From NCBI GenBank assembly GCA_044892525.1, contig CM097885.1, positions 19,346,001-19,410,000 of the forward strand: 64,000 nucleotides of DNA, read 5' to 3'. Origin of the DNA: Schmidtea polychroa (Eukaryota). A model generated the notes under the pieces. That model had not been told where the DNA came from and made no database searches. It saw only the letters and a program-made list of their open reading frames with translations. Shown piece by piece: positions 1 to 11,722 of this stretch (within the stretch, counting starts at the first letter, position 1; each line of letters starts with the position of its first letter). A program made the position numbers and the translations under genes.

Positions 1-1943
1 AAAGTGGTCATGATCAGGAACTTTTATGTCCTCAGGATTCTCAAATGGCTGTTTACACATCCAGCAAGTTGTTGTGTTTTTATATTCTTCCCATTGTTGG
101 TCTGAAAAATTTATTGGGTATTTTATTTTTAAGGTTTTAAAAAGTTTATGTTCTAAATCATTTATGTCTTTAGTAAAATGATTTAGAGTTTCTTCTTCTG
201 AGGATCCTCTATATGAAAATTCTTCTGATTTAATGAGGTTGGGGTAATTACTTTTAAAAAATAATTTATATGTTGATGCTACTTGTTTTGTCAGTTTTAC
301 TGTATAGGATTTATTATTTAATTTTAAAAAGTTTTTCATTGAGGTTCCTCCAGTCGTTTGGTTCCAAGAGTCTAATAAATTATTTTTTTCTATTATTTTT
401 AAATATTCTTGGTCCAAATCCTGTTTTATGTTAATTGCCTCAAAGTCTCCATATATTACTCCTAAAGATTGTAACAGGTTTGAAAAGTTTTTAAAATGCA
501 TGTTAGATTTTTCCTTGCTCGGCATTTTAATTAATGCTGGCAAGTTCTTACAACATAATCTTTCATGTTTAAATGCTGCAATGTCTGAAGCTGAATAATA
601 TAAACACCGTTTACATGTTGTTCCACCACTGTGGTGATTTTTCGATCTCATAAAGCTTTGAAAGTTTTTTATTGGAATATAATGTTGTTTCCCCTCATCT
701 TCTTCTTCAAGGTCTTCTTCTTGATCGTCTTCAATATTTAAATATTGTTCTTCCTCATCTAGATCATCATATTCCTTATAGACTTGTTCTCTTTTATGTT
801 CTTGTAATATTAAAAGATATATTTCTCTATTTCTATCTTGTTCTGATAATTCTCTATTTGAAACATGTATAGGAATAATATGTTTCCTATCACCCACCTG
901 GCAAATGTATTTATAAATGTTAAGTTTAATATTATTTAATTTTTCAAAAATTGGAATGTATTCAATCTTCATCGGGTGTTTAAATCCTTTTGGATATATT
1001 AATTCATTTTCATATTGCTTATATTTTGCAGGTCTTTCTTTATGATTTTCTTGAGGATGTAAGTGTGCAAGGATTGACCATTGGAAACATTTATTATCCT
1101 TATTTTGAACATTTATAATATGAATAGAAGTAAAGGGTGTAGGGATATATGATTTAGGATTTGGAGGTGCCCCTCTCCAATATTCAATTTCAAGTGATTG
1201 AAATGAAAGGAATTTTAGATTTGAGTCTCCTAATTCTTGTTCAACCACTCTATGCTCATCTCCAACTTTATGAATAATCTCTTTAATTGTTTTGTTAAAT
1301 CCTTTGGTTGAGAATAAATATTTATAAGATGTTTCAATTATAGCATTCAAGGGTGTTGTGTTTACATCTTCTCCTCTCCAATATCTTGAATGGATTCTAA
1401 TTTTATATTTAATAATATTAAATCTTGATTTACCAAATTTTTTTATAGCATCTTCCATTGATTTTTTTATGTTTTTTTTATTTTTATTTATATACTGTAA
1501 AGATGAGAAGAGGATATAAATGTTTGTTCAAATTTATCTACATGGTTAAAGTTATCCCAATTATATTTTTCTTTTTCAATCTCTTCTTCTTCATATTCTT
1601 CTTCTTCTTCTCTAACTTTTATATCTTCTTCAGAGTCTTCAGGATCTCTTTTAACAATAGCACATTCTTTTAAATGTTTTAAATAATAAGATTCTGTGGT
1701 GAATTTCAATCTACATATAGGACATTCAAATTTTTTTCTATTTCTTTTAATCCCAATACAGTTTTTAAAATGTTTATCATATCCTAAAAGTAAATATCTT
1801 TCTTTACATTTAAGACAAAGTTTTGAGTTTGAATCATTTAGTCCAACTGTCTTTAATAAATGCTCTTTAGATTTTTCGTGTGATATTAATGCTGTTCTAT
1901 TTTTAAATTTTTTATTGCATATGCCACAATTATAAATATTCAT
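1..1943 (-). pseudogene. Protein-primed family B DNA polymerase, N-terminal part, frameshifted
   Basis: ORF 1488-1943 (C2H2 fingers, KYNWDNFNHVD) aligns with ORF 25320-25928. Downstream frames give YLFSTKGFNKTIKEII, PPNPKSYIPTPF, NKCFQWSILAHLHP, YGDFE and VPDHDH, colinear with the pPolB at 25320-29636. Confidence 0.9.
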
Positions 1944-2232
1944 TTTTAAAAAAAATTATTTTATTGGGTATACAAACTGCGCAGCTTGCTAGTTTTTAAG
2001 ATTTAAAATTTTTATATTTTATATAGTAGTGGATGTATGGCCTTCACGGAGTAAACCTGGATCCTCGGTTCCTGTCAAGGGGATCAAGGATTTGGCTTGG
2101 TGAATTAGGGGTTTATATGAATAAAAGATGTAAAAATAAAGGGTTAAAAACATGAAAATGTTTAATTATTAGTAGTTTTTAAGCTGGACGGCTAGGGAGG
2201 GTTGGGTCCGTGAAGGCCATACATCCACTACT
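1..2232 (-). mobile_element. Polinton/Maverick, one end only (runs off the window start)
   Basis: Ends in ...CCACTACT at 2232 (AGTAGT read inward, followed by ACCCAACCC as in the TIR at 24289). Carries a pPolB 5' half paralogous to 25320-27150. Confidence 0.8.
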
Positions 2233-2269
2233 GTAACATGAATAAAATTAATATTCCATGAATTAAATT

Positions 2270-2600
2270 TACCTAAACCAAATTTGAGAATATCATATCC
2301 TTTCAAATTATGAAAAAACCTTTAGATCTATTGATATTAATATCATTATATTTTAAATAAATAAAATACTAAATACGAAGCATTGATCATTGGTTTTATA
2401 CTAACATTAACAGTACATGTTTTAGTTAATAATATTTCAGGTGCAGAAATATAACCATGACCCCTTAATCTGGTTATTTGAGAATATTTTGTTATTATAA
2501 AAAATATATATTCAATTTTATTTATGGACCAGTTCCTTCGTTTTTCATTTAATAAAGCAATACCATCTTCTAAGAAGGTTTCCCTCGTGGGTCATCTTTA
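2270..2600 (-). pseudogene. Very degenerate pPolB N-terminal fragment of an older Polinton
   Basis: Manual translation gives RLRGHGYISAPEILLTKTCTVNV then, after a frameshift, DQCFVFSIL; resembles the G.YI..P...NV.N.D..CF.WSIL motif. Confidence 0.4.
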
Positions 2601-3091
2601 ATTTTCATCAGAGTGTAAAATAACGATAAGATCTTTTTTATCAAATTTATAGGTTTTGGGATTTGGTAAATTAATTTTTCTTTTATTATTTTTTGAGAAT
2701 CATATTAATGGGAATGTTATTATTATTATTGGTATTTGTGGTAGCATTATTAATATTATTTATAGTGGGAATATTGATTCTGGTGGCGGGAAAATTATTT
2801 GAAGTGGGTATATTATTTTTTTAAAAATTTAACAAATCATTTTTAGATGAATTATAATGAGTAAAATGATGTTGATGTCGTTCATAAAACTCAATATATT
2901 TCATGGTATCACGGGTCTTAAATACAGGACAAATGAAAAAGGTGATCCAGTTATGGGCGTGTTTGTAATAATTTTCCATTATAAAATCACAATCATCATA
3001 TGAGGAACTATTGCAGTAATTTTGATATTCTGAGTCTGAAAAAATTCAAAGGTTTAAGATATTATTATTATTATTTCTAACATTATTATAA

Positions 3092-3197
<106 letters not shown>

Positions 3198-3354
3198 CAT
3201 CATATTTTAGTATTATTAATATTTCAATAAAAAACAATGTAAATATATTTTTATCAAAAAGGTAAATTGATTTTGATGTAACTATATTTAACCTAATTCA
3301 TAATATTTTAAACATAATTAATAAAAACTGAAAATAAATTCTTGAAAATTAATA

Positions 3355-4150
3355 AATTTCTTGAGTCATATCCAATATAGGCAATCAATTTCAGAGGCTT
3401 TCCTTCCAAATACTGTCTCAAGCACAAGTATTTTCTCTCGCTGGGTTCATCTGTGTCCTAGGTGCAGGCTCTCACAATTGCTCGCCATCTAGGATACTCC
3501 ATTACCCTTTCATTAAATTTCGGAAGCTGTAATAGCTTCAATCCCTTATTAACCTCGGTCTTTCATTAGGACCTTCACTCCTAAATGATTTTTCTGTGAC
3601 CTACAGCGATTCCACTTTAAAACTTTCTTCATTCTGTGTGAGGACCAGATCACCGATTCTGCTAAAATCCACTTCTAATCGTTTCAGATCTGCCTCAATT
3701 TCCTTCACTTCTTTCTCTCGTCCTAACTCCAGGGCATTATTCTTCAGCTGCTCAAATTCAGTCATTACTTCTTCATAATTGTCTTCGTATGCTTTCCTTC
3801 TCATTTGTTCTTCCACAGTGTCCAATCCATCTCCTAAAGCCCTGTCCCGTAAACACCTTAATGAAATCTTCAACCCTGTTCGTCTATTGTAACGTGCATC
3901 GAACTCAGTATCTGATACTGGACTTCCCCCTGCAAGACCCAAGACCAGATGTAGTGTTGATCCTTTCTTAATACCATATTCTGATAAAGTAAGACGGTCT
4001 TTTAATTCTTTACCAGCAAAATTAAGTCATTGCCGGCCTTGGGGTGTCCCTTCTTTTTCATGAATTTTAGCTTTTACATTTTCAATTGTGTCACTTGCTT
4101 TCTACCTCGATAGTAACAGTCTTTCCTGTTAAAGACCTTACAAATATTTG
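3355..4150 (-). pseudogene. Ubiquitin-like domain fused to BEL/Pao-type Gag (DUF1759-like), disrupted
   Basis: 4150-3925 reads [74 protein letters not shown] and runs in frame into ORF 3601-3942. After a stop and a frameshift: LKLLQLPKFNERVMEYPRWRAIVRACT*DTDEPSERKYLCLRQYLEGKPLKLI. Confidence 0.8.
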
Positions 4151-4249
4151 CCCTAACTTTCCCGATTCACCCTCATCACCCCTTTAATTTTTAAAAAGGG
4201 CAGGCCATAGGGGAAATGTTTTGTTAACACAGAAAAAATTACACATTCA

Positions 4250-4460
4250 AAAATTAAAATTTGAGCTTCATGAAGATCGCTATCAGTTAATTGCAATGAT
4301 GATATCGTGATAGATGAAGTTGTACCAGTACCGGATTCTGCTTGAGCATTTACATCACGACCTTTGACAATTTTATTTATAGCTTTAGCTTGAATGGCTG
4401 ATAACCTTTCAAATCCGCAAGCATAACTCCCTCTTAAAAGACCTTTGAGATTTGTTTTAA
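4250..4460 (-). pseudogene. eIF4A-like DEAD-box helicase N-terminal fragment
   Basis: [21 protein letters not shown]...[17 protein letters not shown] motif and motif I of eIF4A, with the Walker A Lys lost; the rest of the gene is absent. Confidence 0.8.
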
Positions 4461-4498
4461 AGATTTTAAAAATAAATTTTAAAAATACACAAAAATAC

Positions 4499-4501
<3 letters not shown>

Positions 4502-4558
<57 letters not shown>
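4502..4558. repeat. (AT)n microsatellite
   Basis: Direct reading. Confidence 0.95.
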
Positions 4559-4559
<1 letters not shown>

Positions 4560-4605
4560 CTTGTTTTTCCAATTTCAGCACTATTTCTTTTCATTGTATT
4601 TATTA

Positions 4606-4686
4606 AAAAGAGCTTGAAGACTATAAATCAGTAAATATGTCAAAAACATCGATATATTTACTGATTTATAGTCTTCAAGCTCTTTA
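4606..4686. repeat. Palindromic dispersed repeat (family also at 42119-42451 and 43810-43995)
   Basis: AAAGAGCTTGAAGACTATAAATCAGTAAATAT ... ATATTTACTGATTTATAGTCTTCAAGCTCTTT inverted repeat. Confidence 0.75.
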
Positions 4687-4809
4687 ATAATTATTTAATA
4701 ATTATTTCACCAGCATGATCATTATAACCATCAAAGTCAATAAAATAATGACATTTTTACTAATAACATTTATTAAACTACATTGTTTATACATAGAATT
4801 ACAACATTG

Positions 4810-5107
4810 AATTTAGCCATGCAAGGCAACTTGTTAACCACATTTTTGAGTCATTAGATTTTGATAACGAATTTTATTATACAGAAGGGGTTGACCAATT
4901 GTTTGCAGATATTTTTATCATTTTATCTGTATAATAATATCCTATCGGATCAAAAACATGTATTTTATCCGGCTTCACATATATTCTAATCCAAAGTTCT
5001 CCTCTAAGAGTTAATGATTGAGTATTGACGACAATAGTTTGGTTGGCATTCAGATAAGGGATTTTATCTAATGGAAATACTCCAGCAAACTGGTTCTCCA
5101 ACAGCAA
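4810..5107 (-). pseudogene. Polinton adenain-like cysteine protease fragment
   Basis: FAGVFPLD...VVNT...GELW (normally GEHW)...FDPIG. The catalytic His is lost and the C-terminus is frameshifted. Confidence 0.7.
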
Positions 5108-6031
5108 TTTTCCAATTCGATTAACCTTGACTTAACTTACTTGAAAATTAGACCTGGTCAGAAAAATCCTTATCATAATTTAGAAATAGAATTGCAAAAC
5201 ATTCCGAAATATGAGGTTTGAAGAATTATGAGGATTTTTCTGAAGAAGATGACATGTCTAATGACAAATTATTGTACATTTATATATATATTTATATATA
5301 AATATTTTAATTTATTTATTAATTTATTTAAATTAATTAAAATTAAAATAATAAGACTCCTTTGACTCCTGTAGCAATATAAAATTTGAATTTGATTTGA
5401 ATTCAAAATAATTATTAAATAAAATTATTAAAATTATTAAATGCTTCAAAATTAATTTTAAAATATTAAATTATAAATAATTGCTAATCTACATATTTTT
5501 GTAATTTCCCAAATGTTAAAATATAATTATATATTCTTACTGAGCTGATGAATTAATTATTTTAAGGAAAATATAAAATCATTTTCTCTAGATTTACGCA
5601 TAAATAAATTTAAAATAGGATAAATGGTAATTAGAGTGCAACAGAAATGTTTGTTAAGAGAATTTTTGGAAATATATAAAGTAAATATTTTTTTTCTAAC
5701 ATAAATGTGGATATACAGACGATTAAATCAACCTTTTCTGCATGAGTGAATTTTAATAAATATAAATAGTATAACAAAATGAAGTAATAATAATTTACCA
5801 TTTTGTTTAAATATTGTGAATAATTGTTCTTTTAATTATTATTTTTATTAAAATTATTTAAAAAAATCCAGTTTATTAACACATTGTTGACGGGCAGTTT
5901 GAAAGGTTGCATCAAAATAAGAGGTTGTAAAGTAATCAAGAATTAAACCCCTAACCCATAAGAAGTGTCATTAATTGATCGAAAACTAATTAATAGTAAA
6001 TGATTAAATTACAGACTGAAAAACAAACATA

Positions 6032-6575
6032 CCGTATTTCCCCTATAATAAGACCTACCTCGAAAATAAGACCTAGCATGAATTATTCGCCCACAAAAAA
6101 TATAAGACCTACCTTGAAAGATCTGTTTACTTATTTACATAACGAAAAAAATAGTAATTTTAATTCAAATTAGCCATAAATATATGCTTTAAAGTGTCAA
6201 ATACTGGCAAATCTGTTAGTTATTCAATCCCCAATCCAATGATCATGCAATCACGGATACGTCCATTGGTAACGCACTAAGAGCAGGATACTTGGATAAA
6301 AATTGCTCGTTTGAAGATAGCTATATTGCCAGGCATTCGAGATTTGGACCGATGATCTTGGATGAAATTGAATCACGGATGGGCAATATTGTAACCCCGA
6401 CTGACAGTAATGATGGTGATGTAAATGAGGTGGATGACATGATTATATTTGAATAAATGTCTAGTTTTTAAACGTAATAAATTTGTTTTGAAAATATGAC
6501 CCGAAAATAAGCCCTAGGTAGCTTTTTTTCTGAAAATTTGAAGTAAGGCAGTGTCTTATTTTCGGGGAAATACGG
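6032..6575. mobile_element. Non-autonomous Tc1/mariner (pogo/Tc2-like) element
   Basis: TIRs CCGTATTTCCCC / GGGGAAATACGG flanked by TA on both sides; subterminal AATAAGAC repeats. Confidence 0.8.
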
Positions 6576-7197
6576 TAGATTATAATTGAAAAACTAAATG
6601 CATATAAAATATTTTCAAATTAAAATTTACAAAAATGCAAACTAATTAATTAATTAAAAATTGATCAAGAAAACCAATTTTAATTTTCACAAACGTAGGA
6701 TGACAACGTGACTTATAAGATTAAATAAGATTAAATTGCGAAATTGAGCCTGTTTCCTTTAGGAAATACGAGAAAAAAGGTAAATTACCAATGATGATTT
6801 GCGGGCGAATAACTATATTTAAACTAATTAATTTTGAATTAAAAATTCCATTTAGATATTAAACGTCTATAATGATTGTTTTGGTTCTCATTTTTAGGTT
6901 GATACCAAACAATATGACATTTATTATTTTTATAAAAGTATAATAAAAATAAGTAGGGGCGATTTCGCGTCGAACTAAGTTGAAGAGTCCAGAATCTAAC
7001 AAGCAACCATTCGCAATGGATAAAATGAAGCTAGCCATTTTGGCCAAATAAATATTTATTTGAATTTTATATTAAATTTTATATTAAAATATATTAAATT
7101 AATTAAATTTAGTAATTTATTCCAGATATTAAATAGAAATTAGATTTATTATTATAATTTATTTATTTATTATGCTTTTCTTATTAATGTTATTATA

Positions 7198-7203
7198 ATT
7201 ATA

Positions 7204-7290
<87 letters not shown>
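7198..7290. repeat. (ATT)n microsatellite
   Basis: Direct reading. Confidence 0.95.
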
Positions 7291-7293
<3 letters not shown>

Positions 7294-8135
7294 TTCACCT
7301 TATTAATTTTATTATTACTTAATTTGAAATGAAATTTCAACGAAAATTTAATAAATTATTCATTCCTATGGTACAGGTGCTACATGTTTTCTGTGATTTC
7401 CAAATGTTATGCACCATGAATAATTGATGGAAATTTCTTTACACTTAATGGTAATTTATGAATGGTTTCTATGGTGCTTTTAAGAATTTGAAAACAAAAT
7501 TTCTCTTAATTAATTTAGTGAATTATTTGAATGTAAGTTGTTTGATAAATCTTAAATTATTGGAATATCAAATTTTGTTTTAAAAGAGATTTTCTCAGGA
7601 GCCATTTCATAAAATAATTTACATTATAAAGGTTCCTTGTCTCGTTTCGACCCTGAAAATTGATGGTTAACAATAAAATCGTTCATAAAGTTTTCTTTAG
7701 TAAATAAACCATACAAATTTTATCAAAATATCAAACTAAACATCTAAATAGAAAAAGGTTATTGCAGGTGAGCAGAAAGGGTAAAAGATGACTAATATCC
7801 CAATATTAAAGAATGATATAGAACCTCACCTTTTAAAATTGTGTATTATATTTATCAGGACTTGTGACAGAGGTCTTGATTAAATAATCATTTATATAAA
7901 GTTATCATTCATTTCTCCATCATACATATTTTCACTTTCTATATGAAATTTTTTGTATGAAATTTGTCCTTCCTCCTATAACGCTATCTAAAAATTGAAA
8001 CAATTCTTGTATAACACGGTACTATTTTTACACGATTTTCATAAAATTGAAATTCAAACTAGATTATAAATATTTATTTATCCATATAGTAATACATAAC
8101 AAATATATAGTAATTATATCATAAACATTAATTAA

Positions 8136-8217
8136 CCCTTTAATGGACAATGACGTGTATACACGTCATACCACTGCGTTCTGTAACAGCAACTAAAAAA
8201 GTGCGTCCGCGAAAGGG
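8136..8217. mobile_element. 82-bp piggyBac-like MITE
   Basis: TTAA|CCCTTT...AAAGGG|TTAA; internal palindrome TGACGTGTATACACGTCA. Confidence 0.65.
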
Positions 8218-9495
8218 TTAATATAAATTTTAATTATTAATACTGTATGATAATATTAATATATATTAATATATATAAATGATATTATTGGTAAGTTAAA
8301 TTATTATTAAATTATTAATTTCCTATTAAAAATTTCCAATTTGTGTATTAAGATAAATTAATTATTATTGTTAATTAAATAAATTAATAATTGTAATTGT
8401 AAAATATTTATTATTATTATTATTATAGATTAAATATTATTATTAGAAGAATTTCATTTCATGGGAATATAATAACCATAGAAAACAAATACACGTAGAA
8501 AATGTATACATACATATACAAGTATATATATACTGCCAATGCTGATGTCCTAAAGTCTAACCTAACTTCAAAGACAATTCAACCCAGGTTCAAACGATCG
8601 AGCTTCAGCTCATCGTTCAGAGAGAAATCAACAAAATATTTTTAGAATTTCTAAGGGTGAGAAATTATTGCCTTCGGCCTTGACCGGCCAGTTGGATTTT
8701 ACTGAAATAAAATTTTACATTGCAAAATACATATGCTAAAACGTTAATAGTGTAAAGTGAATAAGTAAAAATAACAATAAGTAAAAATAAATGTTATAAA
8801 TATCTTTTCAAAGACATTGTTATGTTCAGAATTTGTAATAATTTTTGTTATATCATAAATTTGTATTTTTATGTCAGAGATTTATAGAGAGGCCAGTACA
8901 GTTATAATTTTCTGTAGTTTACGTTTGTATTTGAATACAAAAGAAATTAAGCAACATTTTTCTACCAATTTCTATATTGTTATGATACAAATATGCAAAG
9001 TGTAAAATACATACTTGAAAAAAATATTAGGTAATATATTATATTAGTATTATATATATTATATTATATTAAGAAAAACTGAAAATAATGATTCAAAAAT
9101 AAATGAGACGCCTTAGGTCTTTTTCTCAAAAACATTTCAGTAGCCGATTTGTATTATGGGACTCCATAACGTAATTAACATTTTCTATATTCATAATAAT
9201 ACTTCTGAAAATTGTAAAAGTTGGATAACGCCCACCGCAATAATGATGATAATTAAAGTTTATTATCATAAAAGGTATGTATTACATTCAATTTTGTTAA
9301 TTATAATAATATAAACACTTTAATATTTATACAATATTTATACAATAGAAAATTAAAAGGTGTAAAACTTTTTTTATTTTGTCAAAAAATAATTATAAAA
9401 ATAAAAATATTTTATACACAAAAAAACTATTATATAGAAAAGAAAATTTTTAATATGGTATTGTTATTATTTAAAACAAGCAAATATAAAGTTGG

Positions 9496-9496
<1 letters not shown>

Positions 9497-9552
<56 letters not shown>

Positions 9553-9596
9553 GTTATTATTATTATTATTATTGTTATTATTATTATTATTATTAC
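9497..9596. repeat. (ATT)n microsatellite
   Basis: Direct reading. Confidence 0.95.
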
Positions 9597-11078
9597 GATT
9601 AATTAATTATTTATTTATTTGACGTGATATTTGAAAATTAATCATCTCATATACAACTATCATAAAGATCTTTATTTTAGCAATTGCTTAATGTGGAAAT
9701 TTATTTAATATGAAATAATCAGCAATTTTTATGAGTTCATCTCCGCCATTCAACGAAGAAGTTTCACTTTAATGAAGCGATACCAAAAGTATTTCATGGA
9801 TTTTGAATTTAATATTTATGTATTTTTTTAAGATTAAGAAAAGATAAAAACATTTAGCAAGCTTTCAAAAATTCAAAGACATATTTATAAAAAATAATAT
9901 TTATTAAATACTAATAAACAAAGTACTTTTGAAAAATGTTGCAACTATAGTTAAGCTGTTGAACGATTTTATATTAGATTACCAATTGTCAAATTTTGTA
10001 GTATTAATATATAATTATACAATAGCTTTGATGACAATAAATAAGGGCCTCAATAATGTAAAAAACTAACCAATAAAATATTTATGTGCCATTAATAAGT
10101 TTGGCGTTAAATATGAGTCTGTTTTATAGAAAGATGGAAATATTTAATGCAAGAAGTAAAAAAAATTCATACATCCGAGCATGTTGCATAAAACTTCTAT
10201 AATAATAAATATACATAGTTGAACAATAAATAAAGGACCCTGGAAAAAATAATAAGGGCCTCATTTTAATTTATAAAAAGGAATTGTAAATGTTTTCTAA
10301 GAAATCTTTCATGTTTCTATATCACTAACTATTTTATACAAACAAATATGTACGTTATTTTCGTTAATTTATGTTTTTTGAAAGATTTTGTGACAAGAAT
10401 TGCTGAATTCTTTTATACGTTTGAAATATCAGAAAAACTTATTTTAAATGAATATGAATATGAATATTATTTTTGTGTTAAGAAGAGAAAAAGTGATATT
10501 CCAGTAGTCAAAGACCTTTAGAACCCCTGGAATCTGAATTAAGTTTCCTGGAGATTAAGTAGTATATTGGATTGTGAATGCAATTCAGACCTAACTATTA
10601 CTCTAATATTCTTTTCTTTTGAAATTTTCTCGACTCCGTCGCAGAGAATAAAATCGTCAGCATCATCCCTTGCATAAAATGTCAATTGTAATATTTGGTC
10701 AATCTTGAATGAATGTAATGCTTATGGATGAATTTAATATAAATTATTTGACTGTAATGTGAAATTTCAGTTAGAGTTAAATAGTGTAACATTCCGTTTA
10801 ACGTTTTTTCACTAAAGCATTATCCAAATTTGAAATATTATTTTTATAAAAAGTTGATGTTAAAATATTTTTTTCGGCCAAATTCTGTTATTGAAATTAT
10901 TTTTATCAATCCCCAAATGGTGCGTGTACTTTTGAGAAATGTACTTTTATACTTTTATGTACTTTGTACTTTTATGAGATGCCGATTGTTTATCTATATT
11001 GGAAAACTACTTTTTGTTTAATTTTAACTCATTCTAAATTCAGTTTTTAAGGATGAGGTAATCATTTTTACGTGTTAA

Positions 11079-11160
11079 CACGTTGACGGACACTTGCGTC
11101 TATAGCCGTCATATAGTGTCAATTTTCAAATGTCACTTGTTTCTACTGTCCGTAAATGTG
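11079..11160. mobile_element. 82-bp piggyBac-like MITE
   Basis: TTAA|CACGTTGACGGACA...TGTCCGTAAATGTG|TTAA. Confidence 0.65.
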
Positions 11161-11722
11161 TTAAAAACTAAAGATAATATTGAAATATGTCAAGAATACG
11201 AAAGAATGTGGATAACATTTATAATAAAATAAAGTGATTGCTGCTCCAGTTAGAAAAAAGAATAAGGAAAAGAAAAATTCAGATGAACCGATGAGAATAA
11301 GACTTTCACATTTTACACTCATAATCATCATGATTGTTGCAGAAAATAATATAGCAGCTGCACAATCTACGACTGCTGCAGAAATTAATCGTATTGGTAA
11401 CACAAAAATAATCGAAATGGAACGAGCTTTAAACATGTGAATTGAAGATCAAAAATTATTATAGTTGTGAGGTATTCTAAAATATAAATTAAATTATTAA
11501 TGCATGCTGGCTGTATGTTGCAATCCTTACTTATGCATTAATTACTTTTATAGAAACTCCTCAAACAAATTATGATGTGATTTGTTTAAATACTATGGTG
11601 ATTAAATAATAAAATAAATAATAATAAATAATGGATCCAATTAACACCAGACGTTCTGTGGCTAACAATAGTATTAGAGTAGGTAGTTAGGAGCCCACTG
11701 CCGCAAACCCCCCCTCCCCCCT

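Noticed and set aside
5100..11600. Possible host exons (ORFs 6859-7047, 10830-11021, 11234-11440)
   Set aside because: No recognisable domain or consistent exon chain by eye; cannot be excluded without RNA data.
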